Part shown: positions 1 to 6,887 of the stretch, in pieces
Position numbering within the stretch: position 1 is the stretch's first letter
Layout: every line of letters begins with the position of its first letter
NCBI GenBank assembly: GCA_964510165.1
Contig: CAZEBC010000140.1
Span: forward strand, 1 to 10,669
Source of the DNA: an uncultured bacterium
GTDB lineage: Bacteria; Abyssobacteria; SURF-5
DNA: 10,669 bases
Reading direction: 5' to 3'
Program-made: the position numbers and the translations under genes
Notes under the pieces: model-generated
Seen by the model: only the letters and a program-made list of their open reading frames with translations
Database searches by the model: none
What the model was told of the DNA's origin: nothing

Positions 1-74
1 AGGACGCCGTGGTTGCGCGGCGGCTGTATGAGACGGCGCTCGATTCCGGAATCGGCCGCTGGCTGCCGGCGTGA
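1..74 (+). CDS. 3' end of a gene entering from the left, probably ornithine cyclodeaminase/mu-crystallin family (partial)
   Basis: The frame starting at base 3 reads DAVVARRLYETALDSGIGRWLPA*, with TGA at 72-74. This resembles the usual OCD-family C-terminus (…[Q/E]Dx[A/V]xAxxxYExAxxxGxG). Only 23 codons are visible, and it is absent from the ORF track. Confidence 0.6.
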   Translation, partial: DAVVARRLYETALDSGIGRWLPA

Positions 75-124
75 GCGAATTGAGTCGCGGGTTGTTCGCT
101 CGAGCGCCGCACGTCCCCCGAAAT

Positions 125-186
125 CCGCAAATCACCGTCGTGAGCCTCGTACAGGCAAAGACGAGTTTCGACCCTTTGGTTTGCGG
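125..186. terminator. Long imperfect stem-loop between convergent genes, possible bidirectional terminator or stabiliser
   Basis: CCGCAAATCA (125-134) pairs with TGGTTTGCGG (177-186) with one G-U pair. The inner arms are GTCG/CGAC and CTCGT (146-150)/ACGAG (161-165). There is no clear U-tract. Confidence 0.4.
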
Positions 187-199
187 CTTCGCCTGTCCG

Positions 200-2563
200 T
201 CAAGAAGGGGTGAGTGTCAGCCGGACCGGACCGTCGGACTGGAGCGAGACGCGGGTTAACCTCTTTCCGGATTTCCATTTCAGCTTCGAGACAGCCCCGA
301 AACTCTTCACGGCCTTCACGTCTCCAATGCCGTGGAAGACGATATCATATTTCCTATTCGAGGATGAGATATTCATTTTGATGCTTCTGCCGCTTCTCGA
401 CGCCTCGAATCTCACCACAACGTTTCCATTACAAAGCGAGAACTCCGCGCGCGTATCCAGGTACATGCGAATCTGCAACTCAGCCCATGACTGCTGGTCC
501 ACAGACTGCGCCTCCGGGCCAAGCGGCAGGATCGAGTCGCCCCGCACAAAGATCGGCATGCTGTCGAGCGGCACATTAAGCTCAAGGAATTTCGGGCCTT
601 CATGCACAGCGCCCTGCCAAAACTCATACCACCTCCCCGGCGGCAGATACACGGTCACATCGCCCGCGTCGTTGAAAACGGGGGCAACAAGCAGCTCGCG
701 TCCGAGCAGGTACTCAAGCTCTTCGGACGGCGCATGCGGGTCGTCGGGGAATTCCAGATACACGGGACGCATCAGCGGCATGCCGGTCTGGCTGGCCTCG
801 TGCGCATATGAGTACAGGTACGGCACGAGCCGGATCCTCAGGAGCGCGAACTTGCGCACGATCTCGACCGCTGCCTTTCCGTACTCCCACGGCTCGCGCG
901 GACTCATCCCGTGGAATCGCGCGATCGGGCTGAGCAGGCCGAACTGCGCCCATCGAATGTATAAGGTAGGTGTCGGCGGCCGGTCGGGCTCGACGGTATT
1001 GACAAACCCGCCGATGTCGTGGCTCCACAGCGCGCCGCCGGACATGGCATAGCTGAGTCCGCCCTTCAACGCGCCCGCCATCCCGGCGTAGCTGCACTGC
1101 GAGTCGCCCGCCCACTGGATCGGATATCTTTGCGAGCCGGGCGCACCCGACCTTCCGAACACCACGGCCTCGCCTTGTTCTTCCTCGATAGCCTCGAAGA
1201 CCGCCTTGTTATAGAGTAGCGGATAGACATTGTGCATCTCGCGGCCGGTCTTGCCGTTATGAAAGATGACGTTCTCGGGAATGCTCTCGCCATAGTCGGT
1301 CTTGAACGCGGCGACACCCTGTCGCAGCAGCCGTTTGTGGATGTTCTTTACCCATTCGACGGCCTCCGGATTCGTATAATCGAAGATGCCCATATCGGCG
1401 CACATCGGATGGGTGGGCTCGGCTACTGAGCCGTCCGGATTCTTCACCAGGTATCCCTTCGTTCTTGCTTCCTCGTAGAAGTCGGTGTGGTCGGGCACGT
1501 ATGGATTCTCCCACAGGCACAGGCGCACATGGTTTTCACCGAGTGTGCGGATAAAGCCCTCGGGGTCGGGATACCGCTCCGTGTTCCACTCGAACTCGCA
1601 GCCCGGCTGTCTTCGCGTGTCCCATGCCTTGAGCCAGGCGGGGTCCACGTTGACGACATCGAGGGGGATATCAAGCGAGCGCATCCGCTTCACGACGGCC
1701 TCGACGGTGGGCCTCTCCATATAGATGCAGCGAGACATCCACACCCCGAACGCCCATTTCGGCGGAACCGCCGGCCTGCCGGTCAGCAGCGTGTAGCCCT
1801 TGAGTATCTCAGCGGGCGTCGCGCCGAGTATGAGGTAGTAATCCATGAGCGGCGAATCCACCCACACGCTGCCAGAGACAGTGGAATACGAACCCAACTC
1901 GAAGATGCTCTTCTCGCCGCAGTTCAAGAAGAAGCCGTAGCCACGGCTGCTCATGAAGAAGGGAATGCTGATGTAGGAAAGCTCGGTCGTGGTCGTGCCG
2001 CTGGTGTCCGCACACCACATTACCGCTCGCTCGCCGCGCTTGTTCACGCTCATGTATTTCGGTCCAAGCCCGAACAGGCATTCATCGGGCTCGAACGAGA
2101 ACGTCTCGTGCGCGCGAACGGCGCCGTCTGCGCTCTCCGAGTATCCGGTCGGATAGGTGACCAGAATCGTGAACCCGCGATCCAGCACTTCCTGTTGGAA
2201 GACCGTCTTGCCGCCTGATGAGACTGACATTTGCCAGGGCGATTTCCGAATGCGCACCGTCACCGCGCCAGCTTTCAGAACGTATGATTCCTTGTCTTCG
2301 GTAAGTCTTGTTCGAACCGGGGGCAGCGCGGGCGTCGAAGTGAACGGGGTCTCATGCTCCACAGCGCCTCCCGCGCCGTTGTATCGAATCCTGACAATCT
2401 GAGGAGTTATCGGCGTCACGACGAACGAAAGCGGCTGGCCGTGTTCGAGAACGGCGTCGAACACAACGCTCCCTGCTTCCTCCCGCGCCCCGCCGCATCT
2501 CACGGCGTAATGATGCATCCGGTCCATATGCGCGAATATTGGGGTGCTATCCGGCTGGAACAT
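200..2563 (-). CDS. Glycoside hydrolase family 31, YicI-like alpha-xylosidase/alpha-glucosidase, ~787 aa, no signal peptide
   Basis: GH31 motifs: PPKWAFGVWMSR, nucleophile motif FKTDYGE (YicI type FKTDFGE), MHNVYP, acid/base QWAGD, WSHDIGGF, YIRWAQFG, GMPLMRP, VYLPPGRW. The start was moved to ATG 2563 because AAGGAGG lies 8 nt upstream of it; the track's TTG at 2581 abuts that RBS. Confidence 0.92.
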   Translation of the reverse strand: MFQPDSTPIFAHMDRMHHYAVRCGGAREEAGSVVFDAVLEHGQPLSFVVTPITPQIVRIRYNGAGGAVEHETPFTSTPALPPVRTRLTEDKESYVLKAGAVTVRIRKSPWQMSVSSGGKTVFQQEVLDRGFTILVTYPTGYSESADGAVRAHETFSFEPDECLFGLGPKYMSVNKRGERAVMWCADTSGTTTTELSYISIPFFMSSRGYGFFLNCGEKSIFELGSYSTVSGSVWVDSPLMDYYLILGATPAEILKGYTLLTGRPAVPPKWAFGVWMSRCIYMERPTVEAVVKRMRSLDIPLDVVNVDPAWLKAWDTRRQPGCEFEWNTERYPDPEGFIRTLGENHVRLCLWENPYVPDHTDFYEEARTKGYLVKNPDGSVAEPTHPMCADMGIFDYTNPEAVEWVKNIHKRLLRQGVAAFKTDYGESIPENVIFHNGKTGREMHNVYPLLYNKAVFEAIEEEQGEAVVFGRSGAPGSQRYPIQWAGDSQCSYAGMAGALKGGLSYAMSGGALWSHDIGGFVNTVEPDRPPTPTLYIRWAQFGLLSPIARFHGMSPREPWEYGKAAVEIVRKFALLRIRLVPYLYSYAHEASQTGMPLMRPVYLEFPDDPHAPSEELEYLLGRELLVAPVFNDAGDVTVYLPPGRWYEFWQGAVHEGPKFLELNVPLDSMPIFVRGDSILPLGPEAQSVDQQSWAELQIRMYLDTRAEFSLCNGNVVVRFEASRSGRSIKMNISSSNRKYDIVFHGIGDVKAVKSFGAVSKLKWKSGKRLTRVSLQSDGPVRLTLTPS

Positions 2564-2590
2564 CGGTGTCGCCTCCTTCAAGGATTTATT

Positions 2591-4069
2591 TCATGAACGC
2601 GTCAGTTTCAGCAGTGTGACTGAATGAGCGGGAAACGCATACTTGAACCTGGATGATGCGCTCGAAAACGATTTCTCGACGGTCCTGACGGCATTCGGTT
2701 TCTCAAAGGAATTCTCTGCGTCCACGCCCGGGCCATTGATCTCGAAGACCGTCGCCGTTTTCTCAGGCTCGAAGCCGATGAGTTCGATTTCGGTCTTGAG
2801 GGCGTCGTCCTTGTGACGATTGATGACGGCGAGGTTCAGGCGGGAACCGGCTTCGTCAATCGTCGCGGAAACATCGAGATGTTGGACGGTCTCCACCGGC
2901 GCGCTCTCGCCAGAGGAGAACAGCGCATTAAACAGCTTTGCCTGAAACGTCGGCGATTCGACGAACGCGTTGAGCGAAACATCCAGGCTGTGGTCACGAT
3001 AAAGCTTCAGCGGGTGATAGATGGTCTGCAGCAACATGCGGTCCTTGCTCGTGGCGATGGGGGCGATCACGTTGACCATTTGCGCCAGATTGGCGAGTGT
3101 GACGCTGGCGCAGTTGCGGTGCATCACATGGATGAACCCGGCCACGGCCAGCGCGTCGGACAGATTGTAGCGCTCTTCCAGTCCCTCGCCGAAGGTGCGG
3201 TACCAGACGTTCCATTCGTCCATCGCTATCTCGGTCCTGGGCGTTTTCTTCTCGGCGAGCGCAACGGTTATCGTGGCGTTGAAGACGTCGATCAATCGCT
3301 GAGCCATAACGGGGGAGGCGACATTGCAGTAATAATCATAATTGCCGACATAGATGTGAAGCGCGATGTAATCCGCAAACCCGGCCAGCTTGTCCAGGAC
3401 CTTAAGATTCCATTCAGGCGTGTCCGATTGAAAGAGGTAGCCGACCGCGACGAGCTTTATGGAGGGGTCCACCCAGCGCATCATCTTGGCGGCCTCAAGC
3501 GCCACCTTCGCATAATCCTCCGCGTTCCTGGCGCATATCTGCCAGAATCCGCCCATCTCGTTGCCAAGTCCCCAATACCGCACGTCGTACGGCTCGGGGT
3601 GGCCGTTCGCTCGGCGCATGTTGGCGTAATACGAATCGTCCGTGCTGTTGCAGTATTCGACCCAGGCCGCCGCCTCCTCCGGCGTGCCCGTGCCCAGGTT
3701 AACGCACAGGAACGGTTCAGTCCCAATGGCGCGGCAGTATTCAATGAACTCGTCAGTGCCGAACCGGTTCGATTCCACCGTTCCCCATGCGAGATCCTTC
3801 TTCCTGGGCCGGTTCTCCTTCGGGCCGACGCCGTCGAGCCAGTGATAGCCGGAGACGAAGTTGCCGCCCGGATAGCGCAGGTTCGGCAGCCGAAGCGATT
3901 TCATCGCCTCGAGCACGTCCTTGCGGAAGCCGCGCTCATCGGACAAGGGAGAACCTTCTTCATAGATTCCGCCGTAAATGCACCGGCCCAGGTGTTCGAT
4001 GAAGCCGCCATAAATGTTGGGGTTGATGGTTCCGATTCTGCGGTCAAGGTCTATCTTTATCTTCGCCAT
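2591..4069 (-). CDS. abfA: Alpha-L-arabinofuranosidase, glycoside hydrolase family 51 (AbfA-like), ~492 aa, no signal peptide
   Basis: GH51 motifs: IYGGFIEHLGRCIYGG, RYPGGNF, acid/base LGNEM, nucleophile DEWNVWY, ANLAQMVNVI, C-terminal FPAHSVT. The start is ATG 4069 (MAKIKID), preceded by GGGAGAG. The track start at 4114 would overlap the upstream SDR. Confidence 0.93.
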   Translation of the reverse strand: MAKIKIDLDRRIGTINPNIYGGFIEHLGRCIYGGIYEEGSPLSDERGFRKDVLEAMKSLRLPNLRYPGGNFVSGYHWLDGVGPKENRPRKKDLAWGTVESNRFGTDEFIEYCRAIGTEPFLCVNLGTGTPEEAAAWVEYCNSTDDSYYANMRRANGHPEPYDVRYWGLGNEMGGFWQICARNAEDYAKVALEAAKMMRWVDPSIKLVAVGYLFQSDTPEWNLKVLDKLAGFADYIALHIYVGNYDYYCNVASPVMAQRLIDVFNATITVALAEKKTPRTEIAMDEWNVWYRTFGEGLEERYNLSDALAVAGFIHVMHRNCASVTLANLAQMVNVIAPIATSKDRMLLQTIYHPLKLYRDHSLDVSLNAFVESPTFQAKLFNALFSSGESAPVETVQHLDVSATIDEAGSRLNLAVINRHKDDALKTEIELIGFEPEKTATVFEINGPGVDAENSFEKPNAVRTVEKSFSSASSRFKYAFPAHSVTLLKLTRS

Positions 4070-4085
4070 TTCATTCTCTCCCGTT

Positions 4086-4853
4086 CTAACCCGCATGCCT
4101 CGCGCCGCCGTCAATGACTATCGTCTCTCCCGTCATGAAGGCCGACGCATCGGAGGCTAGATACAGCGCGGCCCCCACGATGTCATCGGTCTCACCCAGC
4201 CTCGGTATGGGAAAAGCCTTCGAACGTTCTTGAAACAAATCGCTCGTCCAGACCGCCTTGCTCATGTCGGTCTTGATGAAGCCGGGCGCTATTGCGTTCA
4301 CCCGGATGTTGTACGCGCCGAGTTCAGCGGCCAGCACCTGCGTGAGCATGATGAGCGCGGCCTTCGTGACGCAGTACGCGCCCGTCATGGGAGCGGGCCT
4401 CAGCCCGGCGACCGACGCCATGTTGATGACCACACCGCCGTGCTCGCGCATCCATTTGTTGAAGGCGAGTTGGGTGAGGAAGAACACGCCGTCCAGGTTC
4501 ACCTCGAACGTCTTGTCCCACGCGCCCCGCTCGATGTCCATGATGTGGCCGAAATGGGGATTCGTGCCCGCGTTGTTGACCAGGATATCGAGCTTGCCGA
4601 AGCCCCTGAGCGTTTCATCCATGAGGCGCTCGAGTTGATCGGGCTTGCCGGTGTGAGCCGCGACGGCGAGCGAGCGCCGGCCAAGCTTTTTTATTTCGGA
4701 GGCAACGGCCTGGCAGGCGTCCAGCTTACGGCTCGCGACGACGACATCGGCGCCGGCGTTTGCAAACTCCAGCGCGATCGCGCGGCCTATGCCGCGACTG
4801 CCGCCGGTGACGACCGCCACCTTTCCCTCAAGTGAGAAACGCTTGTCGGACAT
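4086..4853 (-). CDS. Classical short-chain dehydrogenase/reductase, DHRS4/carbonyl-reductase-like, probably NADP(H)-preferring, 255 aa
   Basis: TGGSRGIG Rossmann motif, ASRK after beta2, NNAGTNP, NLDG, catalytic Ser (MASVAG), YCVTK, IAPG, C-terminal IDGG. An AGGGGG RBS is present. Confidence 0.9.
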   Translation of the reverse strand: MSDKRFSLEGKVAVVTGGSRGIGRAIALEFANAGADVVVASRKLDACQAVASEIKKLGRRSLAVAAHTGKPDQLERLMDETLRGFGKLDILVNNAGTNPHFGHIMDIERGAWDKTFEVNLDGVFFLTQLAFNKWMREHGGVVINMASVAGLRPAPMTGAYCVTKAALIMLTQVLAAELGAYNIRVNAIAPGFIKTDMSKAVWTSDLFQERSKAFPIPRLGETDDIVGAALYLASDASAFMTGETIVIDGGARHAG

Positions 4854-4907
4854 TGCGTACCCCCTATGGCACTCAACCTGAAAATCGCAAATTCCTGTCG
4901 CGTTTTA

Positions 4908-4952
4908 CCCTCGCCCCAAACCGCTCCCACTGGGAGAGGGAAGGGAGAGGGG
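4908..4952. repeat. BoxC/potential-intrastrand-triplex-like intergenic repeat (single hairpin with C-rich and G-rich tails)
   Basis: CCCTCGCCCCAAACCGCTCCC-ACT-GGGAGAGGGAAGGGAGAGGGG. The core CTCCC-N3-GGGAG is shared with the copies at 5825-5905. Confidence 0.7.
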
Positions 4953-4974
4953 CTTCGGTTGCGGCTGTGCCGAT

Positions 4975-5745
4975 TCACGCCGTGGCGTAGCCGCCGTTGA
5001 CGCTGATGGCCTGGCCGGTGATCCACGAGGCGCGGTCTGAGGCGAGGAAGACGACCAGGTTCGCGATGTCCTTGGGTTCGCCGAGACGGCGCAACGGATA
5101 CGCCTTGACCACCTTCTTCTCGAAGTCTTCCGAGAGCATGCCCTTGACGGCCTCGGTTTTGGTCATGCTGGGGCAGACGGCGTTCACATTGACGCCGTAG
5201 CGGCCTGCCTCCTTCGCAATGGATTTCGTGAACGAGATGATGGCGCCCTTGGCGCCCGCATACACGGCCTGGCGCGGCTCGCCCACCTTGCCCGCGTCCG
5301 AGGCGAGATTGACAATCTTGCCGTAGCCGCGCTCGTACATGCCCTCGATGACGGCCGCCGTGCAGTTGACCGTTCCGTGGTAACAGACCTCGACGACTTT
5401 GCCCCAATACTCATCCCGCTGGCCGCTGTTTTTTTCCTCAACAAACGTGAGGAACGCGGGCAGCTTGGCGGCGTTGTTCACCAATACCTGAACCGGTCCG
5501 AGTTCGGCCTCGACCCGCGTGACCATGGCCTCGACGCTCGCCGGGCCGGTGACATCGGTCTTCACGGCGATGGATTTGACCCCGAGCTTTCGAACTTCTC
5601 CGGCGGCTTTCTGGGCGGTTTCCTCGTCGATCTCGGCGATCGCCACGTGCGCGCCCTCTTCGGCCAGGCTTGCCGCGATGGCCAGGCCGATCCCCCGGCC
5701 GCCGCCCGTCACGATTGCCACTTTATCCTTGAGTTGCAGGTCCAT
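4975..5745 (-). CDS. Classical SDR resembling BadH/FabG-like hydroxyacyl-CoA dehydrogenases, probably NAD(H)-preferring, 256 aa
   Basis: TGGGRGIG, acidic AEID after beta2, NNAA, LASDAGKVG, YAGAK, VCPSMTKT, PLRRLG, SVNGG. An AAGGGAG RBS is present. Confidence 0.88.
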   Translation of the reverse strand: MDLQLKDKVAIVTGGGRGIGLAIAASLAEEGAHVAIAEIDEETAQKAAGEVRKLGVKSIAVKTDVTGPASVEAMVTRVEAELGPVQVLVNNAAKLPAFLTFVEEKNSGQRDEYWGKVVEVCYHGTVNCTAAVIEGMYERGYGKIVNLASDAGKVGEPRQAVYAGAKGAIISFTKSIAKEAGRYGVNVNAVCPSMTKTEAVKGMLSEDFEKKVVKAYPLRRLGEPKDIANLVVFLASDRASWITGQAISVNGGYATA

Positions 5746-5824
5746 TGGGTTATCTCCCTTCCACGTTCAGTAAGGCTTGGATCTTGCGCTTAAACTGAGC
5801 CTTGAGTTTCCGCTGTGTCGTTCT

Positions 5825-5905
5825 CTCTCACCCCAACCCTCTCCCACCGAAAGAGGGCGCCAATCCGGTTGTCCCTCTCCCACCGGGAGAGGGCAGGGTG
5901 AGGGG
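5825..5905. repeat. Inverted pair of BoxC/PIT-like REP elements
   Basis: Unit 1 is CTCTCACCCCAACCCTCTCCC-ACC-GAAAGAGGG (5825-5857). Unit 2 is CCCTCTCCC-ACC-GGGAGAGGG-CAGGGTGAGGGG (5873-5905) and has a perfect 9-bp stem. The two units are near reverse complements. Confidence 0.8.
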
Positions 5906-5921
5906 CATTCCGTGACGCCGG

Positions 5922-6449
5922 TCAGCCCGATTTCTTGCTCGCCTCCTCATACCTCGCCAGCGTGAACAACAAATCCGCCAGGCGGTTGAAATACTGCAAT
6001 ATTTCCGGATTTTTGACCTCGCCCTCGTCGACAAGTTTCACGACTCGGCGTTCGGCCCGGCGCACAATAGAGCGGGCCAGGTCGAGCGCTCCCGAGGCGA
6101 CGGTCTCTCCCGGCGTCACGAATGCTTTAGGCATTTCGAACAGGGTTTCATGGTTTTCGATCAAACGCTCCAGCTTCAGAACGTGCTCCCTCGAGATTCG
6201 GACTTTCAGCCTGCCAGCTTCGTCCGGGAGGGCGGCCAGCTCTGCGCCCACCGTGAAAAGGTCTCTTTGGATGTCGAGCACGATGCCTTTGATCTCTTTG
6301 TCGTTAAGAAGGGCCCGGGCCAGCCCGAGCGCACTATTCGCCTCGTCGACGACTCCATATGCCTCCGGCCGCGGCGAATGTTTGGGGACACTGTGCCCGA
6401 AAAGCAGCCTGGTTGTTCCCGCGTCGCCTTTCTTGTTAAACGATTTCAT
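5922..6449 (-). CDS. ATP:cob(I)alamin adenosyltransferase, PduO/MMAB type, ~175 aa
   Basis: N-terminal KGDAGTT, EAYGVVDEANSALG, IQRDLFTVGAELA, FVTPG, ARSIVRRAERR, YFNRLADLLF. The start is ATG 6449, with GGAGG 11 nt upstream. Confidence 0.9.
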   Translation of the reverse strand: MKSFNKKGDAGTTRLLFGHSVPKHSPRPEAYGVVDEANSALGLARALLNDKEIKGIVLDIQRDLFTVGAELAALPDEAGRLKVRISREHVLKLERLIENHETLFEMPKAFVTPGETVASGALDLARSIVRRAERRVVKLVDEGEVKNPEILQYFNRLADLLFTLARYEEASKKSG

Positions 6450-6539
6450 GACGTGCATTGCCTCCGTAAAGTCGCATGTCACCCGGAAATCAAGGGACAG
6501 GGAGGATAGAGACAAGGTCTCAATGAAAGATCCAGAGCA

Positions 6540-6569
6540 TTTGTATCATTTGGCGTTTGGCCGTGTCAA
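6540..6569 (-). promoter_or_regulatory. Candidate sigma70 promoter for the leftward operon
   Basis: The minus strand reads TTGACA (6569-6564), an 18-nt spacer ending in TGA (extended -10-like), then TACAAA (6545-6540). It lies about 90 nt upstream of the adenosyltransferase start. Confidence 0.45.
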
Positions 6570-6800
6570 GAACATTTTGAGTAATCGCCTTACAATTTTC
6601 GGCGCGCATCTGCTACTCGATGAAACCGGTCGCATGATTACCCTGCCGCTTTTCTTTCGGTTCAGGTGGACAGAGAGGATTCGCACGTGTTCGTTTGTTG
6701 TTTATAAGACCAATCTCTACAGGTGGTTATAGATGGACAATCCTGAGCCCGACGATGGGAGCGAAAACAGGGTCCTTGCCGTGGCATGGGGTGCGTGAAA

Positions 6801-6816
6801 TGGCATGGGCTTTGCT
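6801..6816 (+). promoter_or_regulatory. Sigma54 (RpoN) -24/-12 promoter
   Basis: TGGCATGGGCTTTGCT matches the consensus TGGCACG-N4-TTGCW with exact GG-N10-GC spacing and one mismatch. It lies 71 nt upstream of ATG 6888 in the correct orientation. Confidence 0.75.
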
Positions 6817-6887
6817 CGTTGGTGACCGAATGACTATCGTGCGATGGGTGTGTCTTGATGTGAGGGGAATGACCGAGAGGGAGCTTT

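Noticed and set aside
200-2563. GH31 as a sulfoquinovosidase
   Set aside because: The nucleophile motif FKTDYGE is YicI-like rather than the WMADFGE type of YihQ, and no sulfoglycolysis genes are nearby.
2813-4117. 434-aa plus-strand ORF, and similar long antisense ORFs at 210-1052, 1487-2218, 4230-4835, 5935-6732, 8680-9486 and 9135-9740
   Set aside because: They lie opposite well-supported genes and have no recognisable motifs. Long antisense frames are expected from codon bias in GC-rich DNA.
4867-4882. Sigma54-like TGGCACTCAACCTGAA
   Set aside because: It has GA instead of the -12 GC and points antisense to the flanking genes.
5772-5803. Hairpin AAGGCTTGG…CTGAGCCTT upstream of the SDR
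   Set aside because: It is weak, with two G-U pairs and a large loop, so no function can be supported.
4908-5905. Repeats as a CRISPR array or IS terminal inverted repeats
   Set aside because: There is no regular repeat-spacer periodicity, no cas or transposase gene, and no visible target-site duplication.
6450-6880. Cobalamin riboswitch upstream of the adenosyltransferase, or c-di-GMP riboswitch upstream of the HD gene
   Set aside because: I could not find B12-box or GEMM consensus elements on either strand by eye. An Infernal/Rfam scan would be decisive.
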